A stretch of DNA of 64,000 nucleotides from Octopus sinensis. Its lineage: Eukaryota. Numbering within the stretch: the stretch's first letter is position 1; every line of letters starts with the position of its first letter. The notes beneath the pieces are model-generated. The model was not told the origin of the DNA. It saw only the letters and a list, made by a program, of their open reading frames with translations, and ran no database searches. The translations under genes were made by a program, and so were the position numbers. Positions 1 to 15,574 of this stretch are shown piece by piece. The DNA lies in the NCBI RefSeq assembly GCF_006345805.1, contig NC_043013.1, positions 46,376,001 to 46,440,000 of the forward strand, written 5' to 3'.

Positions 1-98
1 ATATGGATTTTGTACAGAACCTGAAAGAAACGTGCAATACACCCTCTCTCTCTCTCCTCATCTCTCTATATATATAATATAATATATTATATATATAT

Positions 99-144
<46 letters not shown>

Positions 145-179
145 ATCATGTATATATATATATATATACATATATATAC

Positions 180-218
<39 letters not shown>

Positions 219-752
219 TATATATACAATATATTAATTAAGATATATATATATGTGTGTGAATGTTATTGTCCGTTTGTTGAGTGATAGTCATAAATGT
301 GTGCCATCACCATGCCACTGGTGACCTCCATTTCTAATCTTGTAAGCAAATGTGTCTGGTCACGGGTATATATCACTCCAAATCAGTTGAGTGTTGGCTA
401 CATGAAGGGCATCTGGCCATAGGAAATTTTGAAAAAACTTTCATGACCTATAAGAGCTTCGAAGCATGGATCGAACAGGAGGATGATATATTACATACAC
501 ATAAGTATATTTGTATATGTGTGTGTGTGTATATACAAATACACATAAGAATATATATACATGTATGTATGAAACTACCAATCTCCAGATCCACTCACAA
601 GCTGTTGTTCAGCCTGGGGCTGAATTCAATTGCTGAATGTATTCGTTTGCTAGAACTGAACCTGAGGGTATGTGATCATAAAATAAGCTCTCTAACCATA
701 CACACAGACCAGTGAGTGTGTATGTGTGAGTGTGTGTTTGCATGCAAGCATG

Positions 753-808
<56 letters not shown>

Positions 809-972
809 GGCATGGGTAGGTGCATGCTTTATTGAAGTTTGCTTCCCATCCACATGGTGTTACCTTACCCAAGCGTCTTTCACAAGACCAAAGCTTTGTG
901 ACTGGAAATTGTGGGAAGCTCATATACATACATACATACATACATACACACATACATACACACAATATATAT

Positions 973-1004
<32 letters not shown>

Positions 1005-1062
1005 ATATACATCATATAAATATATATATATATACATACATATATATATAAAAATATATATT

Positions 1063-1103
<41 letters not shown>

Positions 1104-1271
1104 GATAGATATATTTATGTATAATAACAAATGGTAAAATTAATTAATTAAGAAGTAATCAGTAATTTCACCAAGTAGAATTCGGCATGAAAAAGACCAT
1201 TTCATGGTAAGCTTAAGTAATACTTTATAATCAAGCAAATCTTTGCTGAACCCTGATTATAAAGATATATT

Positions 1272-1305
<34 letters not shown>

Positions 1306-1559
1306 TATATGTAGGTATATGTATACATGTGTGTGTGCATGTTTGTGTCCCCTTGTCGTGATATTGTGTGACAGTTTTAATCAGTATCACTGTGATAGAG
1401 GTAGTGCTACCCATTTATAATTCAGTGAAAACATGTTGGTGACAGTAAGGGTATCAAGGTGTAGAAAATTTGACACATGCATGCAAAAACTATGTGGGCG
1501 TGTGTGTGTATATATATATATATATGTGTGTGTGTGCGTGTGTGTGTATACATATAAAT

Positions 1560-1632
1560 AGATAGAAAGACAGATTATATAGATGGATAGAGAGATAGAT
1601 AGAGAGATAGATAGATAGATAGATAGATAGAG

Positions 1633-1663
<31 letters not shown>

Positions 1664-1696
1664 CAGACAGATAGATAGATAGACAGATAGACAGAC

Positions 1697-1747
<51 letters not shown>

Positions 1748-1784
1748 CAGACAGATAGATAGATAGATAGACAGACAGATAGAC

Positions 1785-1843
<59 letters not shown>

Positions 1844-1852
1844 TAGATAGAC

Positions 1853-1931
<79 letters not shown>

Positions 1932-1977
1932 CAGATAGATAGATAGACAGATAGATAGATAGATAGACAGATAGATA
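1560..1977. repeat. (GATA)n/(GACA)n tetranucleotide microsatellite
   Basis: About 400 bp of agat units interspersed with agac; source of the spurious LSIY ORFs. Confidence 0.97.
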
Positions 1978-2332
1978 CTCATACATTCATACACAGATAT
2001 GGATTTACATATGTATAAATGCATGCATGTGTAAATACATGTATACATGAATCGTATATATACACACACACAGACATGCACATATACAAGGTATATTACA
2101 AACACATTAATATGTAAGTTTATACACATACATACATACATATATACACAGACAAACATAGACAGAAATATACACACATGCATATAGATTACAAACACAT
2201 TAATATGTAAGTTTATACACACATATATATAAACATAAATACATACATACACACACAAACCTACATATATATATATACATGGAAGAGACGTATAAATGTA
2301 TACACACACACATGTATACATACAAGCAATTG

Positions 2333-2391
2333 TGATAATAATAATAATAATAATAACAATAATAATAATAATAATAACAGTAATAATAATA

Positions 2392-2440
<49 letters not shown>

Positions 2441-2449
2441 TGATGATGA
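2333..2449. repeat. (ATA)n/(ATG)n trinucleotide microsatellite
   Basis: Direct inspection; gives the poly-I/poly-L pseudo-ORFs. Confidence 0.95.
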
Positions 2450-3147
2450 CTTTTTTTTGTTGTTGGTCACACGGAGCCAAGACATTGAGGACCACATCAA
2501 AAAGATAAAATACAACATGGAAAGGGGTGGGGTTTATATTGATCAAAAGCCGAAACAGGGAAAATAAGGAAAAATGACATTTCATCCTCATATCGCTCTC
2601 CCCCCAACCCAGCCAACTCCTTCCTTCATTGTCTCACCTTCTCCCACTCCTCTTCATTTGCTAACTATTATCATGTATGAAGTATTTTTTTTTCTTTTTC
2701 TTTTTCAATTGATCCCCCATTACAATTTTCAATTTCCCATATTTTAATTTACAATATATTAGAACCCATAATATTTCCAGGGTATATAATTGTGTGTGGG
2801 TGTGTGTAGGTCTGTGTGTGTGTGTGTGTGTACTAATGGATATTGAAGCAGGAAATAAAAATACACCCAAGCGTATATACACACACACACACACACACAT
2901 ATATACATGTATATGCATAATAAACACACAAAGATTTATGGATGGAGAAACCATGCCAGAACCGGCAGCAGATTAAGAGGTGGTCCTTTAACTTGTCAGA
3001 TCCTGTCAAACTGTCCATCCCATTCCAGCAGCGAAAGATATAAAACAATTGTGCATATATATGTTAGTGTGTGTGTGTGTGTGTGTGTGTGTACATAGAT
3101 GTATGAATAAATATATATTTACACACATACACACAGACATATATATG

Positions 3148-3179
<32 letters not shown>

Positions 3180-3267
3180 GATGCATACATATATATGTGC
3201 ATATACATATGCAATGGGGCAGCTGATGATGTGTGTATATCTATACACATAAATGCATGTATATATA

Positions 3268-3311
<44 letters not shown>

Positions 3312-3526
3312 TATGCATATATATGCGTATATATATATATACATATATATGAATATATGTATATATATGCATATATAATATGCATATATATACATATATA
3401 TATGCATATATATGAATATATGTATATATATGCATATATGCATATACATATGCATATATATATGAATATATGTATATATATGCATATAATATATATAAAT
3501 ATATATACACACACATATGCTTATGC

Positions 3527-3571
<45 letters not shown>

Positions 3572-3578
3572 TTGCTTA

Positions 3579-3629
<51 letters not shown>

Positions 3630-3774
3630 CATATATTATATATATATATTATATATACATATTACATACATATGGATGTGTAATTATATATATATATATA
3701 TATTATCATCATTATTTAACATATAAATATAACTTTTGTCCTCTCCTTGTAGACTGTTATTCACATGAATCAAC

Positions 3775-4045
3775 CCCAGAACTCTTTATGAAACCCAGTT
3801 CTTATTCTATTGGTCTCTTTTGTTGAACAGCTAAGTGACGGGATGTAAACACCAAAACTGGTTGTCAAGCACAGAGATGGTGGGGGGGAGTAGCATAAAG
3901 ACACAAACACACACAGAACCATATACATATGTATGCATGTATGTATATGGTGTAACTATCAATTCTTGCCCAAGATAACATGCAGTGGGACAGAACCTGG
4001 AACCCTGTGGTTGGGAAGCAAACTTCTGAGCAAATAGCTATGCCT
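3775..4045 (-). mobile_element. Decayed partial copy of SINE family 1
   Basis: cttattctattggtctcttttgttgaacagctaagtgacgggatgtaaacacc and gcagtgggacagaacctggaaccctgtggttgg match the copy at 18304-18678. Confidence 0.75.
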
Positions 4046-4121
4046 ACACCATGTGTGTGTGTGTGTATAAGAATATACATATATATGTATACATATATAT
4101 GTGCACATATCTACACACAAC

Positions 4122-4199
<78 letters not shown>

Positions 4200-4827
4200 G
4201 ATAAAGGTATTTTGATATATACATACATAAAGAAATACATAAATGTGAATATAAAATATATATAATTGCGTACGTGTATATATGTGAGTATTTCTGTGCA
4301 TGCATTTATATTCATATACTTATATACAAACAAATATAAACATGTTTTACTTTATGCATATACATACCCATATAAAATTGTTAATTAATACTTAAATATA
4401 TATAAAACATGTAAAAATATATATAAATTTTACTTTATACACAATTTATACATAAATATATATACGTTATATTGAGACACACAACATATATACACTCCCC
4501 ATTACGCTTGGAATATAGGTGTGTATGCATGCATACACATGTACAGAAACAAATGTAGATATACAAAACCACACACATGTACACACATGCATTTTCACAT
4601 ATACATGTACCTCTCCTTGCTTGTGTGTTTGTGTATGTATGTGTATATATATATATATATATATACACATATATATACATATGCCTACATATTTATGAAT
4701 ATGGCTTCAGTCACAGATATGTAATATTATATACATATATATGTCTATCTATCTATCTATATATATATATATAATGTCTATCTATCTATCTATATATATA
4801 TATATATGTCTATCTATCTATCTATAT

Positions 4828-4858
<31 letters not shown>

Positions 4859-5272
4859 GTATGTCATGTACATCTAACTTTGTGAAACAATTTCTTCACT
4901 AGTTGTTAACCGAATCCAACACATCTGGTACCTTTTTAGCCTAGTGTTGCTGAGCAGAAATAATGCAAAGGTATCCAGGTTCATTTGGCTCTCACACCCT
5001 TACACTCCTTTTCTACCCATTGACTACATCAAACACAATTAGTACTCAAACACACACGAATACACATGTTAAAATATGGTAATCATCTTTAAAGCACTTT
5101 AAACATAAGGACAGAGCATTTACTGTTGATATAAGTCTATAGTGATAGTAGAGTTAAACTCATTGAGAAGGCCCAAGTGAACAAGGACCCACTGGCTTAT
5201 CCATGTGTATACACACACAACACACACATATACACAAACACAAATATAGACTCCCCCACCTCAAGATATCTA

Positions 5273-5332
<60 letters not shown>

Positions 5333-6719
5333 TGTATATACATACACACACGCACATATGTATATATATAATATATATATATATAATATATATATATGCA
5401 TACATGCATATACAAATATATATATATGTATGTATATATATATATATATTATATATATATGTATGTATATACATACACACACACATGTATATCTTTGTAC
5501 ATATATATATATATATATATACATACATACATACATACATATAGATATATATACATACATATACACACATACATGCATAGGTATACAAATCTACATCTCT
5601 TTACACACACACACACATACACATTCACACACACACACAAACACATGCATATATGGACATGTGTGCTTGCAGATGACAGACAGATAATATCATATTGATT
5701 GACTAACAGAGTTGTTAAATCATTGGACAGAGGTTGCGCAGTAAAGTGTTAGTGCTCGTTGCGTTGTGAGTCGAAATCTCACCAAGATCAACTTTGCCTT
5801 GCATGGATTACAAGTCACCCAGTGGGTCCAACTTTTTCAAATGCCCCTTGTCTTATTCTCTTAGAATCAGCTATATTGTACTAAGAGGGTTATATGGCCC
5901 ACTTTCTGTCCCTTGCCCCCACAAGAAACTGCGTAGTGTGAGAGCAAGGGACAAACAGACTCTTTCCACCTAGCATGCCGCGGAAATTTGACAGGACATG
6001 GTGCCAAGAATGGCCTAAAGTGTTAAATGGCAGGGAATGGATTGCAAGAATTATATACTGACATGTACACAGATATACACATATATGCATGCATACATAC
6101 ATATATATATATATAATATGCACACAGAAAGAGAGAGAGACACACACACATATTTATACATACAGAGAGATTAACTGATAGATTACTCACTGAAATATTA
6201 CGATAAAAAATTGCACACAAATTGACAAATCCTTAAAGTTGTGAGAAGGTTTACTGGGTTTATAAACCTAGCTTTATCAAGGATTGCTCAGTTTAATTGC
6301 TAGTGTTTATTTACTAGCTAACACAGGTGAAATTAAAGTTTAGCTAGTTCTTTAGTAGTTTAGTATTGATGGCGTCGGAGAACATCAAAGAAACTAACAC
6401 ATAGCTGCTATTTCTTTTATCTCAAACAATTCATGTATTCTGTGTGTGTGTGTGTGTGTGTGTATGAGGAGTGGGTATTGAAGAAACGAAGTCGCAGGTA
6501 ATAAAATGATTGTGTATATAAACATCAGTTAGAAAATTATTTAGATATTACTAACAATTAAAAGAAAAAAATTAATATATAAACAATAAACAAATAAAAT
6601 GTTCATCCAAAATTTTTCTAAATCAACTAAACAAACAACAAAATAAAATGTAAGATATCTCGAAACAAACTTTAAAATAAAAGAGAACTAGCATAATCCA
6701 ATGCTGGTAACAACATTAA

Positions 6720-7420
6720 TAAGGCATCGATTAAGTATTGAGATATAAACACTGAAAATGGGAAAGAATATGAGTAAATGTTTAAGGTGATGCTATAAAT
6801 AATTCTTCTAAGTGAGATGGAGAGGGAGATCTTTGAATGTAGCTTGCCAACAACAACCGTAAAGAATAAAAGAACCTATCTTTGAACAACTAAGTTCCAC
6901 AATGCACTCACATAGGCCGCTGCCTCCGAGAACCACTCTGTAGATAGTGATCCATAAGCTTTGGGGATCAGTTACAGGAAAAACAGATTCAAATTTCATC
7001 ATCAAAGTAAAATTCCTTCCATGAGAAAGCTCCAGTGGAGATCACAACTGTAGTTGACAGAGGTCTACCATTAATGGCAGCGCTTTTAAGGATTAATGGA
7101 TTAAATGAAGAGAGCTAGTCTGAAAGAGATTTGCAGGAGAGTAAAGCAATAGGCTGCTGCTAAGAATAGCAGAGAGAGACGGAGAGGGATAGAAAGGAGG
7201 AGATGCTGAAAGTTGGGACCTGTGACTTGCACTGATTGAGGAGGTATCTGTTCTGATACTAAAGAGGAGGAGCATGCTGTAGACGCGAGAGCAGGGAGGG
7301 AAATAACTAATATATGTTATGCACTGAAGGAATTGGCAATGCTAGTTCTGAGGAGAATATATCAGAGGAAAATTCTATTTATTTATTCAAAAGCAATTTA
7401 CATTGACTGGGTCAGCAGCT
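6720..7420 (-). mobile_element. Possible highly decayed LINE 3' fragment
   Basis: Non-microsatellite block of higher GC with coding-like composition but many stops; no diagnostic motif read. Confidence 0.25.
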
Positions 7421-8289
7421 ACTCTTTTGTGGACTCCTGGTGAAGGTGACAATTTGATGGATGGAAGCAGCATTAAAACTACATAATATTAGCACCGTTT
7501 ATCTATTTTCTGTTGTTTACTTAGAGGAATTCTTGCAAAGAAAAACATGATTTTCCTTCTGAAGATAGAGATAATGTTTTAAGAAACATTAAAAAAAAAA
7601 AAATAATCATTTTGAGTAAGATTTATTTATTTTATCCAATCTCAGAAAATCAAATCAATTATTTATCATTTTAGAATTTTGAGAAATATGATTAGAATTG
7701 TTTGGAAAAAGCAATTATTCTCCACCATCCATGCATGCACACACACACAAATACAAATACACACACACACAGCAATTATGGCTCCTCCCCAATTAACTTT
7801 GCAAATGAAGTAGAAACAAATTAAAATTATTAAAAGTATATATATATGAATTTTGCCTTTTTAACCATATTTGGAAAAATTGTGGCTCCATATAACATTC
7901 AACCGGTGTCTCCACATAAGTTTTTTTTTCTTTCTATAATTTACTTTATTTCCACAGTTGAGGCAACTTAGCCAAAATATCGATAAATATAGATAAAAAT
8001 TAAAAACGAAATTTTTAAATTAAAATTTTCAATAAACAGAGTAACAGAAATTTTGCAATATCAAATTTTGGACCAATTTTAAAGAAATTTTTATGCAAAA
8101 TACATAGAATAGATGAACCGGGTATAAAACATGAAGGACCTGATCCTTATATTGATAATTCAATCTTGGCACCCCAAAATTTTTCATAAAGCTGTAGGGT
8201 TTTCAGAATGATGACACAGACAAGCATACAAAATGACAAAACCAAGCTTGTTTTTGGAATAGAGTAAATTTTCTTAAATTTTCAATAAG

Positions 8290-8490
8290 GGTTGTTGTTA
8301 AGCCTTGTGCCAGCCTTAATCGAGCTGACCTTTGATCAGAGGCATTTGAGCCAAGGCCATCCCGTTTTGTTTTTTGGGACTACATTACCTACTGTATTTT
8401 CTTTTTTAAATGATAGGGTGTGGTGTAAAGGAGACATGTCTGTTGCTTCTAGCAAATCAAGTGGTAATACAGAGAGGGGCTTTCTCATTT
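8290..8490 (-). mobile_element. Old dispersed SINE-like repeat (family 5, CAA-type tail)
   Basis: Reverse complement contains gctagaagcaacagac...atgcctctgatcaaaggtcagctcgattaaggctgg...aacaac, homologous to the copies at 17150, 59030 and 62540. Confidence 0.7.
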
Positions 8491-10424
8491 AATGTTATTG
8501 TTTGTAAGAAAATAAATGTCTGTTTTACCTCAGTCTTGAGGAATATTACTAATGCTTCTGCTTTATAACTGAATAAAAATATACACTTCAAAACATCGGA
8601 ATGAAAAATAAATTCACACATTTAAAGATGTGTTAAATCTAAATGTGAAAAGAAATTGAATTATTTCCATTCCAAGTTTGGTAAGAATAACGATATTTAC
8701 AATCTGCTTCAAGTAAGCCAAACTGAAGAAATGAAAATTTTAAAATAAAATTCATTTTAAAAACTTATTTATTTTCTTTTCAATAAATAAATATCAGAAA
8801 TTGTAAAATAAATCTTATAAATTCGAAATATAAAATGATTTTAAAAATCTTATAAATAATAGTGTTAAAATGAGTTTTCGTTTCATTACGTTGCTGTTAA
8901 GCTCCACATCAAGCAGTTAGACATTCCAGCTGTGACCATCCAGTTTTCATCAGTCAAAAACTACCTCTCACCTATTACGTCTTTCTGTTTTTGTTAAGAC
9001 AGTAGACGGTGAGTTGACTTCTAGTATTAGGAAGGTTAAGTGACCACAAGTGGAAGTGTGTCCTCCTGCTACACGATGACATGGGTTGGAACAAGTTTGC
9101 CAAACTCTGTGTGTGTAGTCTCGCTTATCTACCTGAACGGACATTTTTAAAGCTCTCCATACAACGACCTCATCTCTCACGTGTGTCTTGGCCTACTACC
9201 AACTTCGCAATATTATTTTTTTTTTCCCCAATGCACCGAGGTTAGATGATATATCGTGTAAGAGATTATCTGCCCTGCTGCATACATTAATATGTGTTAG
9301 AGTCGTTAAATAATTAGCTTCCACCGAAATCCGAGACAATGAAATTCGTTGAGAAATGAACGGCTATAGAGAGACGGTAATACATATTGTGTATATCTGT
9401 TTAGTTTACAGCTGCTACAAGACAGGCAGGCTGGCACAACAAGCACGTGGTTGACACTTAGATGGGTGACCTTTCAGAAAAGAGTCAATCAGTCAGGTGT
9501 TGTAGCAGCTAACCTAGTTAGACGAATGTCCAGGCGCTAGTTTAAGCACAGAAGAACGGGAAACTGCGAGGCACAAATACATAGTTTGCTGGACAGCCAA
9601 ATGATGACTAGGACACGTTAGTTGACCCTAATTGTTGCCCTACCTCTGCAGTAGAGACCAGGATAACTTAACCTCCCAGTTACAGTTTTGATAAAATTAG
9701 TCGATATATGATTCCAACTATTCTCCGAATCTCGATCGATTCATCTGGCGGACCAAAAGCACTCTAAAATATATCTTATTGTAAACAAAATATTTTTGGT
9801 GGTCTATAATGATTACGTGAGGGTGTGAGGATGGGGTGGGTGGATGAGCAGAACAAAAACTGTAATTAATTAGAAAACTAATAATAGTTGTGTAAACAAT
9901 GAAAAAACAAGTGTGAATGAAGAGAATTGCGTTACGAAGAAGAAGGAGAAGAAGAAGAAAAAAAAAGAGGGGAGGATGTTAATGATTATAAAAAGGAGCA
10001 TGCGCTTTTCAAAAACATGTGGCTATAGAAAACAGATCAAGCTGTGAGGTAACAGCTGCTGAAGTAAACAGTAGCAGGCTGGTGGGAAGAAGAGATGAAG
10101 ACAGCTGAGGTGAAGAAGGTGGAGCAGGAATTGACTCAACAGTTGGTAGAATAAATATATATATTGGCACTGTTTTTTTTTTTTTCTTACAGTGGCTAGT
10201 GGCAAACTTGCTAATGTTTCTTTAAAACTCCAAGTGACTAATTTTACAAGAGAATAAACAGCAGCAAAAAAGAAAAAGAAAAAGTTTTTTGAACTTATGA
10301 ATTTATATAACTGGCAACAGAAATTGTACTAAGGGGACAATTGCAATCGCACGTAAGTAAGATGGTAGGGAGATAAAATAATAAAATATCCTTTCTAAAT
10401 TACATGAAAGAACAGAGGTAAATA

Positions 10425-10636
10425 AACCGGAATCGTTAACACGCCGGGCAATATGCTAAGCGGCATTTCGTCCGTCTTTACGTTCTGAGTTCAAATCCCG
10501 CCGAGGTCGACTTTGCCTGTCATACTTCTGGATTCGATAAAATAAATACCAGTCAAGCACTGGGGGATCGATGTAATCTACAAGCCCCCTCTCTCCCCCA
10601 AAATTTCAGGCCTTGTGCCCTATAGTAGAAAGGAAT
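10425..10636 (+). mobile_element. tRNA-derived SINE family 2 (variant tail)
   Basis: cgttaacacgccgggc...gagttcaaatcccgccgaggtcgactttgcct...gataaaataaataccagt; B-box-like gttcaaatcc; homologous to 37804-38038. Confidence 0.85.
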
Positions 10637-11943
10637 TGAAATAAATTGAAGAATTTTAATTTTCTTGTTACTAAATAATTTATATTATAAGGAAGACTAT
10701 TTAACAAGAATAAATATTCTTTTAATTTGAATTAAGGAGAAAAAAAAAACTACGAAAATTATTATTTGTAAAGATAACATGTTTTAAATCTTAACTTCAA
10801 GAAGAAATGACCCAGACCCCTTTTTTTGCTTCGATTAGATTTTAATAATTTATTCTATATTAAAACATTTGCTTTGTGTAGCAAGTATTAAGAGTATATT
10901 TAAAATCTGTTTGGTTTTGAAAGGTAGATTAGGTATAGTAAAACATCAGGCCACAGGGGATCTAATCTGATGACATAGAAAGAAAGCAAACGGTGCAACT
11001 TCTGTGCGGCCAGACGAGCAGCTAGAAATAGCAGACAAACCTCACTTAAATGAAATCCCATTGCTTTAAATAAAATATGATAGATTGGGCAATCGAATAG
11101 TTTCAGGTAAACAAAACGGGGTTCCATCTTTGATAATCAAGACTTGACTATCAAGGACGAAGTACCTTTGAAAATACGGACTTCTCGGTCAAGATTATAT
11201 GGGGTTCAGCAATACCAGATATGAACCAAGGTATGCTTTAAAATCAATCAAAATAGGATAAGTTAAAGAATTACAATATTGCAAGTGTAGCGAGATCGGC
11301 ATTTGCTAAGGCAGAGGTACACACAGGTGAAAAGTTGGAAGCGATGTACAGGTTAAAATCAAACCATATTTAAGAAGAAAAATACAAAATAACTGCAGGA
11401 CATGTAGGTGCTAGACTAAGGAAAGCTATCAGTTGTGGTGAAAATGAAGGTGATTAGTTGAGTGATGTTGAGGGCTACATGAAGTATGACTTGTCGTGTT
11501 GAGGCTGAAAAAGCCACATGGTTGGTCTAACTATCGATCTCAAGTTGAAAGAATAGGCTTAGTTTATACACAATTACCATAAGGTAAATAAAACTATATG
11601 CATCTATGGTGAGAGAGATTAAAATAGTTTAAGACTAGCATTTTTATATTCCGATTTTCTTCATTCTTAGATTAAATAAAGGTACCAGTAATTCAATAAT
11701 GCAGAGTAAAATGACCATGTTATAGATGTCACCCCTTACAACAAAGGTGTTTAAAAACGACATTTAAATGCTGCCAACTTATGGCTCTTTAAACATATCC
11801 AATCATTACATCCTCATAAATATCAGTTTATTTTTCTTTTGTGCAATAAAGTAATAGTATTTCACTATATTTACATAACTAATATTATTGGTGAAGGCAT
11901 GGATGGGAGTTACAAAATCTGTTTTTCTCCTAAAAGCAAAGGA

Positions 11944-12000
<57 letters not shown>

Positions 12001-13114
12001 AACATCAGGCTACGATGTCAAAATTCAACACCACCACATAGATCTACCACAGAACCGCATCTTCATGTGTTTATTGTATTTCACAGAAGGCCACATTCAG
12101 TAGCGAACGGAATTGCTCGAGTTGAATGTATTACCTTTTTTTATTTTCCTTGAAAGAATTATGAAGCTAAGTGTTAGAAGACAAGACATTCTTCGTATAA
12201 GTTCATGTTCAAACGGAACAGTTCGATATCACGGACAAAATCGATTAGTTCCATGCGGGGGACGCCACTTCTCATGGATCTCAAGGTAGCAGCAGTTTTT
12301 GGTCTGCCTTCAACTTGCCGACCTCTTCCTGGCGTCTTAGTTTGAAACTGTACCCACAGTTGGAAGTTCTTTCTAGTCGCTCAGTAAATTCGTTTCACAA
12401 ATATTCTGATATCGATAAACAAGCGAGTGGGGGAATAATGAGACACTGTGTGGCGTCCATTTATCTCAGGCGAAGTCAAGAGACACTACTACAACCAGGA
12501 GCCGAATGGCAGCGGGGTCGGGTAACTTTATATAAGTACAGCGCCCGCAAAAACGAGACCTTTAGAGAGGGGGGGGCTCGGTATATTAGGAACGGGTGAG
12601 AAGGGAGATCTTGGCTTTAATACCAAAACAAAAGAAAGATGAAGCAACCGAACAATCAAAACTGCAACACAGGAACCACTCCCCTGGGAACTAACTTCCT
12701 AAGTCAATGACACTTGCCAAATAATTAACATATAATATGGGAACAATAAGCTTCCTTTATGAAATATTTTAATAAACAAAGGCCACTTCCTCTTGTATGA
12801 TTTGTGCGCCTATGTGTATGTATATCCAAACACAATATTTGATCGAATGACTCCCAACCGTTTTGAGTAACCCTGGCAACATTTTCGGAATATGGCAGAG
12901 AACGGCAACAATAAAAACACCGTAAATGTATTGCATATGCATATATATACATACATATACACACATACGCACGCATATATGTGTGTATATATACATACAT
13001 ACATATATATTATAATGTAGTGGGAAGATTTCGGTGAGTTAACATGTTGCTCGAGAAGCACATGGTTAGATAAACCTAGTCAGGGTTTATAAATAAATTG
13101 CTTACGATCCGACG

Positions 13115-13290
13115 AGAAGAAACCTACGCAGTTGACTGACCAGATAAAAATAAATAGCAGCTAAATTGCCTTCAAATCACACCTTGTCTTAAACACAAAC
13201 AGAAAAGAAAAAGGGAAAAAAGGCGGTGCCTTTGATCATAGGTTTGCTCGGTCAGGGCTATGTGGTTGGTTGTGGCTAGGGTAATAACTA
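13115..13290 (+). mobile_element. Old dispersed SINE-like repeat (family 5)
   Basis: aaatagcagctaaattgccttcaaatcacacc...gcctttgatcataggtttgctcggtcagggct. Confidence 0.7.
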
Positions 13291-13403
13291 CACATTATAT
13301 ATAATATATATATAATATATATATATAGGTATATATATACACCGGAGTAAACACATAATGTGAAACACGGTGGAAAAAAGAGTACTCAAATACCAGTGGT
13401 AGA

Positions 13404-13458
<55 letters not shown>

Positions 13459-13899
13459 ATATATACCTATCTTGAGAAAAACTGTGGTGAGCTATGTCGT
13501 ATGACAGACTACTATGGAGAAAAACGTTTGACTGTCTATGCACACACGTATATACACATGTACATACGCATACACACACACATATATATCTATATATATA
13601 TAAATATACACGCGCGCGCACATCTTTAAATATGTATATATTTAAAGATAACTGATATCCCATAGCGGGTCACCCTCATAAGCCCTATCTTACTTAGTAC
13701 TATATATATATCATATGTGTGTGTGTATGTAGGTGAGTATATTGAGATCTATGGACAGGTAGGTAGGTAGGTATATATATGCGTATATAACGGACGACTT
13801 CACCATAACTTTCATACGAACAACACGAGATGCATCGGGGGTTTTTATTTAACTAACGCAGCTTTCTGGAAAGGACATTCGAATCCGATGCCACTGTTA

Positions 13900-14089
13900 C
13901 GCACACACACACACACACACACAAGATCATATATATACATATATACACACATAGATATATATATAATTACATACATACACATAGTGTAGACGAGCGCATA
14001 ATATATATATATATAACGCACACACACAAAGATCATATATATATATACATACATATATATATACACCACACACACACATATATATACAT

Positions 14090-14121
<32 letters not shown>

Positions 14122-14350
14122 TATAATTACATACATACACATAGTCTAGACAAGCGCATAATATATATATATAACGCACACACACAAAGATCATATCCAA
14201 TTCTATACATACATATATTATATACACACATACACATATATATGTATATATATATATATATCTATATATACACACATATATATATATAATTACATACATA
14301 CATACATACACATAGTGTAGACAAGCGCATAATATATATGTATAAAGCAC
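13900..14350. repeat. Three imperfect tandem units of about 150-180 bp built on (CA)/(TA) tracts
   Basis: ataattacatacatacacatagt(g/c)tagac(g/a)agcgcataatata occurs three times (about 13965, 14125, 14290-14330). Confidence 0.85.
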
Positions 14351-15574
14351 ACACGCATATTTATTCAACATCTTCAGACGTACACCCTAACATACATACA
14401 TACATACATGCATGCATGCCTATATATATATATATATATATACACTGCATTAGATGATGAGCTATTATATAGATAGATGCAAGAGGCAGCTATGGCATAT
14501 GTGTGTGCTGTGTGTATGTGTGTCTGTCTTGCTCAGCCAAGAAAAGATTTCGGTGTGAGATGATGGGGCGGATGTTTATTCACTGTGTAATCTCTGTTAT
14601 GAATGTGAACTGGAAAAACAAAAAAGCATGGAAAACTTGGAAATTTGGGATTTTTGGGGGATTTTTGGATTTTGGACACATTAATTTGTTGTTATTGTTG
14701 TATGTGTGTGTGTGTGTGTGTATATTTCTTCTTTTTTAGTTCTGTTGCGTATGTGTTTGTTACAAGAAAAATCATCATTATGTAGCTCTGTTATTGTTTG
14801 TAGTTGTTATCATTATTATTATTATTGTTGTTGTTATTGTTATTGTTATTATTGAAGAAGCAAGTTCATGGAGAGGAAACAAAACGACAAAATGAGAAAA
14901 ATAAGAGATGGTCAAAGATAAGCCATAAACGAATTGATGAGAGAGAAAGAGAAAAAGAGAAAGAGAAAGACACGTGTGTGTGTAGGAAAGAAAGAGAGGG
15001 ATATGTATGTATATATGTATGGATGTATGGGTGTATGTATGGATGGATGTATGTATGAGAAAGAGAGAGAGATGTGAGTGAGTAAGAGAGAGAGAGAGAA
15101 AGACGTGTGTGTGTGTGTATGAAAGAAAGAGAGGGATATGTGTGTAAAGATGTATGTGTGTGAGAAAGAGAGAGATATAGAGATAGATGTGAGTGAGAGA
15201 GAAAGTCGTGTGTGTGTGTGTGTAGGATATGAAGATATAGGTGTGTATGTGTGTGAGAGAGAGAGAGAGAGACTGATGTGTGTGGAGGATAAATATACAG
15301 GTAGATACAAGAGAGATAAAAGAAATCGATATATATACGTGAAACACTTGAGATTAATATACATATATGTATATACATAGATGAGTGTGAGAGCGATAGA
15401 TGCAAGAACGTGTGGAGAAAGGGAGGAGGGAGTTAGGAGAGTGTGATAGATTGATATAAGAGTGGAGAGAGAGAGAGAGAGAGAGACAGAAAGAGAGACA
15501 GAGACAGAAAGAGAGTGAAGGAGAGAGAGAGAGAGAGAGTGTGTGAAGGAGGGAGTGAAAGAGAGAGTGAGGGG

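Noticed and set aside
1387-2591. 199 and 338 aa ORFs (LSIY and poly-I)
   Set aside because: Translations of (TATC)n and (TAT)n microsatellites
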